Shown here piece after piece: positions 1 through 9,521 of a DNA stretch of 64,000 nucleotides. The notes under the pieces were generated by a model. That model was given only the letters and a program-made list of their open reading frames with translations, was not told the origin of the DNA and searched no databases. Both the position numbers and the translations under genes were made by a program. The stretch is from Vulcanimicrobiota bacterium (GTDB taxonomy: Bacteria > Vulcanimicrobiota > Vulcanimicrobiia > Vulcanimicrobiales > Vulcanimicrobiaceae): contig OY968762.1 in the NCBI GenBank assembly GCA_963695225.1, positions 160,001 to 224,000 of the forward strand, read 5' to 3'. Each line of letters starts with the position of its first letter. The first letter of the stretch is position 1.

Positions 1-1815
1 CGCGCCTGGTGGCCGCCGCTCGAAGGCACTGTGGCGATGGATTTGCGCGATTGGTCGATCGCGAGCGCGCTCGGCGCCGTTTCGTTCGCGATCAGCTACG
101 CGTACGTGAAGTGGCCTGCGGAGAAAGTCTTCGACGAGATCTACTACGCGCGCGCGGCGGAAGAGTATCTGCAGGGCAAGGACGTCTTCGAGTGGACGCA
201 CCCGCCGCTCACGAAGCTGCTCATTACGGCGACGACGTGGCTGCTCGGCGATCAGGCCTACGGCTGGCGCATGGCGAGCGTCATCATGGGCGCGCTCAGC
301 GTCGTGTTGCTCTACGTCTTCGCAAAGCGATTGCTGGGCTCGACGCTCTTCGCGTCGATCGCGGCCGGAATGCTCGTCTTCGACGGATTCCATCTCGCGC
401 AATCGCGGATTGCCACGCCCGAGATCACGGTTGCGTTCTTCGCGCTCCTGGTGCTCTACGCGTTCTACCGGTATTGGCTCGCGAGCCAAGTCCGCATCCT
501 CACGCTCCAGGACGGGCGCGGGCTCGGAGTCGAGTTCGTCGCGTTTCTCGGCGCGAGCGTGCTCGCGGCCGGGCTTGCGTTCGGCGCCGTCGGGGCGATG
601 CCGGGTTCGGACGCCGCGACGAAGGCGGTCGCGTTCGTCTATTTCGAGCTCGCCGCATACGTGCTGGTGCGCCTGCTGCTGCCGCGCTTGATGGGCAAGC
701 AGTACACGACCTATCCCGACGGTTCGATCGTCCGCGACGGCGCGATCGAGAGCCCGGCCGGGCCCGTCAAAGGGGAGGCCCGCGTCGCCCTCGGCGAGGC
801 GGCGTTGACCTACGGCCGCGACCTCTCGCTGACGTACGCAACCCCCGAGGGGACCGTTCGGTACCATCCCGACGGCTCGCTGACGGGCGAACGGGGCCTG
901 CGCGTGGGGCCGGGCGACGCGACCCTCTGGTTTTGGATTCTCACGCTCGCCGGCGGCGCGCTCGCCGCGTGCAAGTGGAACGGGCTCTTCGACTACTTCG
1001 TCGTGTGGTTCGTCGTCGCGCTCGTCGTCGCGCAGCGGTACGTGCCGCGCCTCTTCGCGGCGCTGGATTGGCCCATCAAAGCGGCGACCGCACGCTGGGG
1101 AAACCCGCGCGGATTCTCGCTCGACCTTACGATCGCGGCGATGCTCTTCGTCGGCGCGACGGTCTACCTGCTCTCGTACGTCCCGTTCTTCTCGATCGGC
1201 AAGACGCTCGGCGATGCGGTGCGGCTGCAGTCGCAGATGTACGGCTACCACCACGACCTCGTCGCGACCCATCCGTATTCGTCGCAATGGTGGCAGTGGC
1301 CGATCCTGCAGATTCCGATCTCGTATTACTACACCGACTTCCGGGTCGGCGCCGATACGACGCGCGAGACCGCGTGCTGCGTTGCCGAGATCCTCGCGCT
1401 GCCGAACCCGCTCACGTGGCTCGCGGGGCTGATCACGGTGCCCGTCGTGGCCTGGCTCGGCTGGCGCGAGCGGCGCAAGGGATACCTCCTGCTGATCGCC
1501 GCGTACTTCATCCAGTGGCTGCCGTGGATCGGTTCGCCGCGCATCGCGTTCGAGTACCATTTCTACCCGAACCTCGCGATCATTCTGCTGTGCGATGCGA
1601 TCGTGCTCCAGCGCATCTGGAACGCACGGCAGGCTCTCGGCAGGGTTTCCTGGGCTCGCATCGCAGTCGGCGGATACCTCGCAGCCGTCTTCATAGCGTT
1701 TTGGTTCTGGTACCCGGTGACCGCGGGGACGCACATCACCTGGCAAGCCTGGAACGTCCGCATGATAACGCCGCTGACGGGCGCAAACTGGATCAACCCG
1801 CACCCCGGGCATTAA
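1..1815 (+). CDS. GT39 / phospholipid carrier-dependent protein O-mannosyltransferase-like membrane protein (probably 5'-truncated by window edge)
   Basis: Motifs VFDEIYY, HPPLTKLL, KWNG, HPYSSQWWQWP; many TM segments; frame is open from base 1. Confidence 0.85.
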   Translation, partial: RAWWPPLEGTVAMDLRDWSIASALGAVSFAISYAYVKWPAEKVFDEIYYARAAEEYLQGKDVFEWTHPPLTKLLITATTWLLGDQAYGWRMASVIMGALSVVLLYVFAKRLLGSTLFASIAAGMLVFDGFHLAQSRIATPEITVAFFALLVLYAFYRYWLASQVRILTLQDGRGLGVEFVAFLGASVLAAGLAFGAVGAMPGSDAATKAVAFVYFELAAYVLVRLLLPRLMGKQYTTYPDGSIVRDGAIESPAGPVKGEARVALGEAALTYGRDLSLTYATPEGTVRYHPDGSLTGERGLRVGPGDATLWFWILTLAGGALAACKWNGLFDYFVVWFVVALVVAQRYVPRLFAALDWPIKAATARWGNPRGFSLDLTIAAMLFVGATVYLLSYVPFFSIGKTLGDAVRLQSQMYGYHHDLVATHPYSSQWWQWPILQIPISYYYTDFRVGADTTRETACCVAEILALPNPLTWLAGLITVPVVAWLGWRERRKGYLLLIAAYFIQWLPWIGSPRIAFEYHFYPNLAIILLCDAIVLQRIWNARQALGRVSWARIAVGGYLAAVFIAFWFWYPVTAGTHITWQAWNVRMITPLTGANWINPHPGH

Positions 1816-1821
1816 CGGACC

Positions 1822-2565
1822 ATGTCAGGACATTCAAAGTGGCACAATATCCGCTTGCGCAAAGGCAAAGTCGATGCGCAGCGCGGCGCTTTGTTCACGA
1901 AGCTCAGTAAAGAAATCATCCTCTGCGCGAAGGCCGGCTCGCCCGACCCGGAAGCGAATTACCGCTTGAAGATGGCGGTCGACAAGGCGCGCGCGAACAA
2001 CATGCCGCAGGACAACATCAAGCGCGCGATCGCGCGCGGAGCGGGCGGCGACGCGGGGCGGGAGATAGAAGAGATCCGCTACGAGGGCTACGGCCCCGCC
2101 GGCATTGCGGTCGTCGCCGACGCGGCGACCGACAATCGCAATCGGACCGCGGCGGAACTCCGCTTCCTCTTCAGCCGGCACGGCGGGACGCTCGGAGAGA
2201 CGGGGAGCGTCGCGTGGATGTTCGAACCGCGCGGCTTGATCGAGATCGGGACCGGCGGGCGCAGCGAAGACGAATTGACGGAACTCGCCCTCATCGACGG
2301 CGTCGTCGACTTGCGCTACGGCGAACCGAGCGAGATCGTCACGGAGCCGGCGGCGCTCGCCGCCGTGCGCGAAGGGCTTGTAAAGGCGGGCGTCGAGGTT
2401 ACGTCGATGGTTCTCGGGGTCGTCGCCAAGACGCTCGTGACGCCGGGCGAAGCCGACCTCGCGGCCGTCCTCGCTTTCCTGGACGCGCTCGAGGAGCACG
2501 AAGACGTTCAACGCGTCTTTTCGAACCTCGAGGTCAGCGACGCGCAACTCGAGGCTCTCGCCTGA
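1822..2565 (+). CDS. yebC: YebC/PmpR family protein
   Basis: MSGHSKWHNI, YEGYGPAG, TDNRNRT, DVQRVFSN motifs. Confidence 0.97.
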   Translation: MSGHSKWHNIRLRKGKVDAQRGALFTKLSKEIILCAKAGSPDPEANYRLKMAVDKARANNMPQDNIKRAIARGAGGDAGREIEEIRYEGYGPAGIAVVADAATDNRNRTAAELRFLFSRHGGTLGETGSVAWMFEPRGLIEIGTGGRSEDELTELALIDGVVDLRYGEPSEIVTEPAALAAVREGLVKAGVEVTSMVLGVVAKTLVTPGEADLAAVLAFLDALEEHEDVQRVFSNLEVSDAQLEALA

Positions 2566-3668
2566 ACACGGGGCCCGCGAAAACCCGAAGCGTCCGGCCG
2601 CAGGGAGCGAATCCGTTCGCGTGGCTCTTCCGGCAGGATTGGCTCCTGGCCGTTGCGCTCGCGTTCTTCGTCGGCGTCTTGGTCTGGTTCGGCCGCTCGA
2701 TCAAAGATTTTCTCGCGCCGACCGGCGCGGCGATCCTGTCGCCTTCGCTCGTCGGGCAAACCGTCGCCGACGCCGTCGTGGAGGCCGAGCGCGCGCACCT
2801 TCACGCGGTCGTCGTCGAACGCTCCCCGAGCGATAGCTTTCCGAAGGACGTCGTGATGCGGCAGGAACCGAAGGCCGGCACGCGCGTCCGCGAGGGGCGC
2901 CAAGTCTCGCTCGTCGTCTCGACGGGCGTGCAAATCTTTCCGATGCCGGATTTCCGGTACGAGACGCTGCGCGAGATCAGCCTCGATCTTTCGCACCACC
3001 GCCTGCAATTGGGCAAGGTCCGCACCGTGCCGAGCGACGACGTTCCCGCGAACCACATCGTCGCGCAGGATCCCCCGCCGCTCTCGAGCGCACGCGTCGG
3101 GACGGTCGTGAACTTCGACGTTTCGGCGGGGATCGCGAGCACCGGGCGCGTCCCGAACTTCGTCGGGATGTCGATCGACGATGCCCGCGACGCGGCGACG
3201 CGGAGCCGGATCAAGCTCGGGCAGGTCGTCTGGACGCCGTTCGGCAGAGACGGCCAGGCGCGCGGCACGGTCGTGCGGCAATCTCCGAGCGCAGGCGCGC
3301 GCGCGGACAATCTTTCCCGCGTCTCCCTGCAGGTCAGCGCGGGGCCGCGCGAATCCGGGTATGTCGTCCGGCAGGTCCATGCGACGGCAGCGGTGCCCCC
3401 GGGCGACCGCCCCGTGAGGGTTCGCATCGAAGTGCGCGATGAGACGGGGACGTGGAACGTCTACGACGCCTACGCACAGCCGCGGCAGAAGCTGGACTTC
3501 AACGTGACCGCGATCGGGACGTCGGAATTGGACATGTACGTCGACAACGAGCTGCTCAGCTCGACGAAACTCGGCCGGGAACCCGCGCTCCAGGAGAATC
3601 AGCAAGTGGGCCCGCGCCCGAAGGCGAAAGCGGCTTCGAACGGCGCAACGACGGAGGCACCTCAGTGA
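2562..3668 (+). CDS. Membrane-anchored PASTA-repeat protein (PknB-like extracellular part, no kinase domain)
   Basis: N-terminal TM (WLLAVALAFFVGVLVWF), three PASTA-like repeats (PSLVG, MPDFRY, VPNFVG). Start uncertain: in-frame CTG overlapping the yebC stop. Confidence 0.85.
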   Translation: MNTGPAKTRSVRPQGANPFAWLFRQDWLLAVALAFFVGVLVWFGRSIKDFLAPTGAAILSPSLVGQTVADAVVEAERAHLHAVVVERSPSDSFPKDVVMRQEPKAGTRVREGRQVSLVVSTGVQIFPMPDFRYETLREISLDLSHHRLQLGKVRTVPSDDVPANHIVAQDPPPLSSARVGTVVNFDVSAGIASTGRVPNFVGMSIDDARDAATRSRIKLGQVVWTPFGRDGQARGTVVRQSPSAGARADNLSRVSLQVSAGPRESGYVVRQVHATAAVPPGDRPVRVRIEVRDETGTWNVYDAYAQPRQKLDFNVTAIGTSELDMYVDNELLSSTKLGREPALQENQQVGPRPKAKAASNGATTEAPQ

Positions 3669-4333
3669 TCAAGATCGCCCCCTCGCTCCTCTCGGCGGAT
3701 TTCAGCCGCATTGCCGAACAGATCGCGCTCGTCGAGTCCGCCGGCGCCGACTACCTGCACATCGACGTGATGGACGGGCGGTTCGTGCCGAACCTGACGT
3801 GGGGGCCGAAGATCGTCGGAGATTTGCGCAAGCTCTCGCCGCTCCCGTTCGACGCGCACTTGATGATCGTCGAGCCGGAGCGCTTGGTCGACGACTTCCG
3901 CAAAGCCGGTTGCGACATCATCACGGTCCACCTCGAGGCGACGATCCACGTGCAGCGCCTGCTGACGTATATCCGCTCGATCGGGGCGAAGGCGGGGATC
4001 TCGCTGAACCCCTCGACGCCGGTCGCGCTCTTGGAGGACGTGATCGAAGATTGCGATCTCGTGCTGATCATGAGCGTGAACCCCGGTTTCGGCGGGCAGG
4101 CGTTCGTCCCGCGTGCGCTGCACAAAATCGCCCAGGCCCGCGCGCTGATCGACGAGCGCAACCCGGCCTGCGAGCTGGAAGTGGATGGAGGCGTCGGCCG
4201 TGCGAACATCGCCGCCGTTACGGAAGCGGGAGCCGACGTGATCGTCATGGGCTCGAGCATCTACGGGGCGAAGGATCCGGCGGCGGAACTGCGCGCGTTG
4301 CGCGAATTGAGCCTGCCGGCGGGCGCGCGCTGA
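3665..4333 (+). CDS. rpe: Ribulose-phosphate 3-epimerase
   Basis: IAPSLLSADF, HIDVMDGRFVPN, MSVNPGFGGQ, EVDGG; GTG start in GTGA overlap. Confidence 0.97.
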   Translation: MIKIAPSLLSADFSRIAEQIALVESAGADYLHIDVMDGRFVPNLTWGPKIVGDLRKLSPLPFDAHLMIVEPERLVDDFRKAGCDIITVHLEATIHVQRLLTYIRSIGAKAGISLNPSTPVALLEDVIEDCDLVLIMSVNPGFGGQAFVPRALHKIAQARALIDERNPACELEVDGGVGRANIAAVTEAGADVIVMGSSIYGAKDPAAELRALRELSLPAGAR

Positions 4334-5355
4334 ACGCACCACCGCCTTCGGAGGAGGCGCTCGTCGCCGCGATCCGCCGGATCGTCGAGAGCGCCGGCGG
4401 CGCGCCCGCATCGCGCTCGCTCGTGCTCGGCATCGGGGACGACGCCGCCGCTTGGCAGCCCTCGCGCTCGCACGTCTCCGTGATCACGACGGACGCGCTC
4501 GTCGATCGCGTCCACTTCGATTCGGCGCGGATGACGGCGCGCGAGATCGGTCACCGCGCGATGGCGGCGAACCTAAGCGACGTAGCGGCGATGGGGGCGC
4601 GTCCCATTCTCGTCACCGTCGCGCTCGCGCTCGCCGGTGAGTCGGAGGCGTGGGTCGAGGAGTTGTACGGCGGGATGCAGGCGCTCGCCGCACGGCACGG
4701 GACGCGCATCGCCGGCGGCGACCTCGTGCGAGCGCCGATGCTCGCGCTCTCGCTGACGGTCGTCGGCGAGGTCGCGCGGACGCGCCTGCGGCGCCGCGAC
4801 GGCGGCCGGGCCGGCGACGTGCTCGCCGTAACCGGCCCGCTCGGCGCAAGCCGCGCCGGCCTCGAACTCGAAAGCCGGGAGCTCACCCTCTCGGAAGCGA
4901 CGCTCGAAACCGCACGCCGTTCCTTCCGCACGCCCGAACCGCGCGTCGCCGAAGGCCGATGGCTCGCGGCCTCGCGCTATGTCCACGCGATGATGGATTG
5001 CTCCGACGGCCTCTCGACGGATCTCGCCCGGATGGCCGCCGCCTCCGGACTCGGCGCGGTCGTCGAAACGATCCCGGTGGCGGCGTGCGCCGAGGCGATC
5101 GCCGGCGCCTGCGGCGCAGACCCGCGCGCCTGGGCCCTCCACGGCGGGGAAGATTTCGAACTGATCGTGGCGGTCGCGCCGCGCGCGTTCCCCCACCTCG
5201 CCGCCCGCTACCGCTCGCATTTCGGCCGGGAATTGCTCCCGTTCGGAAAGCTCGTCGCCGGAGAGGGCGTTCGTGCCGCCGCGGGCGAGACGATCGCAGC
5301 GGCCGGCTACGACCACTTCCGGGAGCCCGCGGGGACGAAAACACGCCGAGCCTGA
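4330..5355 (+). CDS. thiL: Thiamine-monophosphate kinase
   Basis: GIGDDAA, NLSDVAAMG, GGD, DCSDGL, GGEDFEL; start inferred at CTG overlapping the rpe stop. Confidence 0.93.
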   Translation: MNAPPPSEEALVAAIRRIVESAGGAPASRSLVLGIGDDAAAWQPSRSHVSVITTDALVDRVHFDSARMTAREIGHRAMAANLSDVAAMGARPILVTVALALAGESEAWVEELYGGMQALAARHGTRIAGGDLVRAPMLALSLTVVGEVARTRLRRRDGGRAGDVLAVTGPLGASRAGLELESRELTLSEATLETARRSFRTPEPRVAEGRWLAASRYVHAMMDCSDGLSTDLARMAAASGLGAVVETIPVAACAEAIAGACGADPRAWALHGGEDFELIVAVAPRAFPHLAARYRSHFGRELLPFGKLVAGEGVRAAAGETIAAAGYDHFREPAGTKTRRA

Positions 5356-5399
5356 AATCAGGCTCGGCGTTCGATCTACCGCTGGGGGGACCGGGAGAG

Positions 5400-5591
5400 C
5401 TAGCCCGCCCGCTTGACCCGCTTAGAGCGCAGGCACTGCGTGCAGACGCGCGCGGTCTTATGGGTTCCGCGGTCGTCGATGCGCACCGGCTGCAGATTCG
5501 GCAGCCAGCGGCGCTTGGTCTTATTCATCGCGTGGCTGACGTTGTTGCCGGCCATCGGTCCCTTGCCGCACACGTCGCAGCGCTTCGCCAT
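5400..5591 (-). CDS. rpmB: 50S ribosomal protein L28
   Basis: [35 protein letters not shown]. Confidence 0.97.
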   Translation of the reverse strand: MAKRCDVCGKGPMAGNNVSHAMNKTKRRWLPNLQPVRIDDRGTHKTARVCTQCLRSKRVKRAG

Positions 5592-5723
5592 GGTCGAGAC
5601 ACCCTTTCCTCTACAAGAACCTCAAGACTTTACCACGACGGAGCCCCCCGCGCAACTTGAGGGGCCCCACGTAGGCACCCCAAATAAAGATGGACACTCG
5701 GGTCGAGCGCCTGCCGTCCGGCA

Positions 5724-5873
5724 GCGTCGAGGGGGAGCCGGGGGACCTTCGCGGGGCGCCTGCACCAGCGGAGCCACGGATGGCGGAGCGCCAGTGCAGT
5801 GTCGAGTGGCTGTTTTTCCAGGATGGAAAAACAGCCACGTCCCCGCGAAGGTCCCCCGGCTCCCCCTCGACGC
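5724..5873. repeat. Branched palindromic element: perfect 33-bp inverted repeat enclosing two hairpins
   Basis: 5724-5756 is the exact reverse complement of 5841-5873; internal perfect 15-bp stem 5806-5838; second stem CTGCAC/GTGCAG 5760-5799. Confidence 0.9.
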
Positions 5874-6007
5874 GGGCCCATCGCCTCAACCGCGCGCTCC
5901 GGGCGACGCTGGTTTTGTCCATATGAGATAACGAGCGCCGAAAGACTCGGCCCAGCGGAGGTATGGAAGGGGGGTTTCCCGAGGGTTCCCTCGCAATTAC
6001 CACGGCT

Positions 6008-7603
6008 GTGGATGTGACTGCCCTGGATGGGCGGGGGTTCGGCCGGTTCGTCGTCGCCGGGACGTACTTTCTTCGAAAGTATCGCGGCGTGCTAAACGAC
6101 CTGAACGTCTTTCCCGTGCCCGACGGCGATACCGGATCGAACATGTACCTCACGTTGCGCTCGGCGCTGACGGAGGTTTCTCGGACGCGGAGCAACGATC
6201 TCGCGGAGGTCGCGGCGGCGGCTGCGCACGGGAGCCTGCTCGGCGCGCGCGGGAACTCGGGGGTCATTCTTTCGCAGATGTTGCGCGGCTTCGCCCACAA
6301 CGTGCGGCATCGCGCTTCGATCGATACGCTCGACCTCGCGATCGCGATGAAAGAAGCCGTCAGTTCGGCGCGGGCCGCGCTGATGAAGCCGGTCGAGGGA
6401 ACGATCATCACCGTCGCGACCGTCGCCGCTGAGTCCGCGTATACGCTCGCGCAACGCGAGACGGATTTCTACCGGCTTGCGAACGGCGTCGTCCGCGCGG
6501 CCGCCGACGCGCTGGAACGGACGCCGGAGCAACTTCCGGTGCTCAAGGAAGCCGGCGTCGTCGATTCGGGGGGCGCCGGCTTCGTGTACTTGCTCGAGGG
6601 CATCCTGCGCTTCTTGCCCGATTCGAGGAGTCGCGCCACGGCGTTCCCGCGCCGCCCTTCGCGCCAAAAAGTGTTCACGTCGAATCAGATCGTCGCCGGC
6701 AACAAGTTCTGCACGGAGTTCGTGCTCGAGGACGCGACGATCGAACAGCATCCGCTGCGCGATATGCTCGCCGAGCGCGGAGATTCGCTGCTCGTCGTCG
6801 GGTCGAAGCCGACGTTGAAGGTTCACATCCACACGAGCGATCCGTCGGGCGTGAAGGCGCTCGCGGCCGCCTACGGGCGTCTCACGCGCGAAAAAGTCGA
6901 GGACATGGAGCGCCAGCACAACGTGCTGCTCGTCGGCGTGCCGGCGAAGCCGTTCTCCGTCGTCGCCGTCGTCTCGGGCCAAGGCTTTGCCGATATCGCG
7001 CGCGAGCTCGGCGCCGAGGTGGCGATCGTCGCGAAGGAAGCGAATCCGAGCGTGCGCGAGCTCGTCGTCGGCGTCAACTCGAGTCTGGCGCGGCGCGTGT
7101 ATTTGCTGGCGAACGATCCGAACGTCGCGTTCGCCGCGAACGAAGCGGCGACGCTGTGCGACCGAGACGTCGTCGTCGTTCCGACGCGCGACGTTCCGAG
7201 CGGGCTCGCGGCGCAGCTCGAGATCTCGAACGCCGATGGGGATCGGCTTCCCGCTCTCGAAGCGCTGACGGCGGCGGCCGCGCGCGTCGGTGTCGCGCAG
7301 GCGTTCTACGCGGGGAAGGATTCGACGTTCGGCGGCGTCATGCTCAAACGCGGCGCGCCGGCAGTGACGATCGACGGCCGGCTGCTCGGCGCGCCGACGC
7401 TCGATGCCGTCGTCGAACTGGCCGTGCGCGAACTCTCGCGCGGCGCCGCCGGACTCGCGACGCTGTATTACGGCGAGTCGCAGAAGGAGCGCGACGTCCG
7501 CGCGCTCGTGGCGAAGCTGTCGGAAACGTTCGCCGACGTCGATATCGAGTATTATTACGGCGGGCAGCGTTCCAGCGAGTACGTGATCGCGTTTGAGCGC
7601 TGA
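6008..7603 (+). CDS. fakA: DAK2-domain fatty acid kinase subunit A (YloV/FakA)
   Basis: LNVFPVPDGDTGSNM, GARGNSGVILSQ, VVDSGG, CTEF, KVHIHT, YGGQ; alternative ATG at 5963. Confidence 0.92.
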   Translation: MDVTALDGRGFGRFVVAGTYFLRKYRGVLNDLNVFPVPDGDTGSNMYLTLRSALTEVSRTRSNDLAEVAAAAAHGSLLGARGNSGVILSQMLRGFAHNVRHRASIDTLDLAIAMKEAVSSARAALMKPVEGTIITVATVAAESAYTLAQRETDFYRLANGVVRAAADALERTPEQLPVLKEAGVVDSGGAGFVYLLEGILRFLPDSRSRATAFPRRPSRQKVFTSNQIVAGNKFCTEFVLEDATIEQHPLRDMLAERGDSLLVVGSKPTLKVHIHTSDPSGVKALAAAYGRLTREKVEDMERQHNVLLVGVPAKPFSVVAVVSGQGFADIARELGAEVAIVAKEANPSVRELVVGVNSSLARRVYLLANDPNVAFAANEAATLCDRDVVVVPTRDVPSGLAAQLEISNADGDRLPALEALTAAAARVGVAQAFYAGKDSTFGGVMLKRGAPAVTIDGRLLGAPTLDAVVELAVRELSRGAAGLATLYYGESQKERDVRALVAKLSETFADVDIEYYYGGQRSSEYVIAFER

Positions 7604-8621
7604 CGTTCGGCGTCCTCGCATCGCCGTCGACGCGATGGGCGGGGACCACGCACCGGAGGAGATCGTCCACGGGACGCTCTTGGCGGCCCGGTCCGGCGAG
7701 ATCGAGACGCTGCTCGTCGGCGACGAGCGGCGTTTGCGCCCGCTCGTCGCCGACGGGAGCAACGTTACGATCGTGCACGCTCCGAACGCGGTCGCGATGG
7801 ACGCGAGCCCTTCGCAGGCTTTGCGCGGCGCGGACGAAACGAGCCTCGGCGCGGCCGTGAACCTCGTCCGCGACGGTGCCGCCGACGCCGTCGTCTCCGC
7901 CGGGAACAGCGGGGCGTTCCTGGCGATCGCGCTGATTCGTTTGCGCACGATCTCCGGGATCGCGCGGCCCGCAATCGCTGCCGTCCTCCCCGCCAAGGGC
8001 GGCCCCGTCGTGATCCTGGACGCCGGGGCGAACGTGGATTGCCGCCCCGAATGGCTCGTGCAGTTCGGCGTGATGGGGAGCGCATACGCGCACGGCGTGC
8101 TCGGGATTGCGGTGCCCAAGGTCGGCATCGTCTCCGTCGGCGAGGAGCGCGTCAAAGGGAACGCCCAGACGATCGAGGCCGCCTCCGGGCTCGACCGCGC
8201 GCCGATCGAGTTCGTCGGGAACGTCGAGGGGAAGGACGTTTTCGCGCGCGTCGCCGACGTGTTCGTGACCGACGGCTTCGTCGGGAACGTGATGTTGAAA
8301 CTGAGCGAGGGGCTCGCGACCTTCGTCGGCGAGGTGCTCGCGGACGAGTTGAGCTCGGGCTCCGCGCTCTCGAAGGCCGGCGCCCTCCTTGCGAAGCCGG
8401 CGCTGCGCCGCGTCCGGCAGAAATTGAATTACGATAACTACGGAGGGGCGCCGCTCCTGGGCCTGCGCGGGAACTGCATCGTGGCGCACGGCCGGGCGAA
8501 TCGTCACGCGATGCGAAGCGCGATCTTCGCCGCGGCCTCGGCGGTGCGCGAGGATGTCGTCGGGCACATCGAGCAACTGGTCTCCCGCATCGATCTCAAA
8601 GATCTCAAAGCCGCACCCTGA
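7593..8621 (+). CDS. plsX: Phosphate acyltransferase PlsX
   Basis: IAVDAMGGDHAP, SAGNSGA, LDAGAN, GNVEG, DGFVGN, YGGAPLLG. Confidence 0.97.
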   Translation: MSADVRRPRIAVDAMGGDHAPEEIVHGTLLAARSGEIETLLVGDERRLRPLVADGSNVTIVHAPNAVAMDASPSQALRGADETSLGAAVNLVRDGAADAVVSAGNSGAFLAIALIRLRTISGIARPAIAAVLPAKGGPVVILDAGANVDCRPEWLVQFGVMGSAYAHGVLGIAVPKVGIVSVGEERVKGNAQTIEAASGLDRAPIEFVGNVEGKDVFARVADVFVTDGFVGNVMLKLSEGLATFVGEVLADELSSGSALSKAGALLAKPALRRVRQKLNYDNYGGAPLLGLRGNCIVAHGRANRHAMRSAIFAAASAVREDVVGHIEQLVSRIDLKDLKAAP

Positions 8622-8657
8622 CCTCGGGAAGGCGCGTTGCGCCGGGAGTGCCCTGCG

Positions 8658-9521
8658 ATGGCCCAGCCCCAAGTAGCGATCGTCACCGATAGCACGTCGG
8701 ATCTCGAACCCGGCTTCGCGGCGACGCTAGGCATCGACGTCGTCCCGCTGATCGTGCTCTTCGGCGACAAGCAGTACCGCGATTACCTCGATCTCTCGCG
8801 GCCCGATTTCTACAAGATGTTCGCCTCGGCGAGCGTCCTGCCGACGACGTCGCAGCCCTCGGCGCAATCGTTTGCCGATGCGTTCCGCCCGCACGTCGAA
8901 GCCGGGCAATCGATCCTCTGCGTTGTCGTCTCGTCGGGGCTTTCGGGCACGCTGAACGCGGCCTCCGCGGGCGCGGCGCAATTCCCCGGTGCGAAGATCA
9001 CGGTCTTCGACACGCACTCGGCCTCCGGGGGCCTCGCCATGCACGCGCGGCACGCCGCCGAGTTGGCGCGCGCCGGCGCGGGCCACGAGGAGATCCTCAC
9101 CGTCCTCGAGCGCTGGCGCGCGACGGAGAACCTCTACGTGGCGCTGCCGGACCTCTCGCACGTCGTGCGGACCGGGCGCGTCTCGCGAGCGCAAGGGTTC
9201 ATCGGCGGGCTGCTCAAGATCGTGCCCGTGTTGCGCCTCGGGCGCGCCGACGGCAAGCTCGAGATCGAGGCGAGCGTCCGCACGTTCGCGCGCGCGCAGG
9301 AGACGATGCTCGATACGACCGTTTCCAAGCTCGGCGACGTCGCGAAGGCACGCGTCTGCGTGATCCATGCGAACGCCCCGGAACTCGCCCGGTCGATGGT
9401 CGAGCGGCTTCGCGCGAAGCTGCCCGTCGCGCCGCTCGAACTCGACGTCTACGCCGCGGGGCCCGTGGTCGCGGCGCATGCCGGGCCCGGGGCCGTGGCG
9501 ATCTCGTCGATTCCGGGATAG
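8658..9521 (+). CDS. DegV family fatty-acid-binding protein (FakB-like)
   Basis: IVTDSTSDL, PTTSQPS, SSGLSGT, HAGPGA. Confidence 0.93.
   Translation: MAQPQVAIVTDSTSDLEPGFAATLGIDVVPLIVLFGDKQYRDYLDLSRPDFYKMFASASVLPTTSQPSAQSFADAFRPHVEAGQSILCVVVSSGLSGTLNAASAGAAQFPGAKITVFDTHSASGGLAMHARHAAELARAGAGHEEILTVLERWRATENLYVALPDLSHVVRTGRVSRAQGFIGGLLKIVPVLRLGRADGKLEIEASVRTFARAQETMLDTTVSKLGDVAKARVCVIHANAPELARSMVERLRAKLPVAPLELDVYAAGPVVAAHAGPGAVAISSIPG

Noticed and set aside
5724..5873. 6S RNA, SRP RNA or tRNA call for the palindrome
   Set aside because: No central bubble, SRP loop or T-loop motif recognised; the perfect stem looks more like a repeat element
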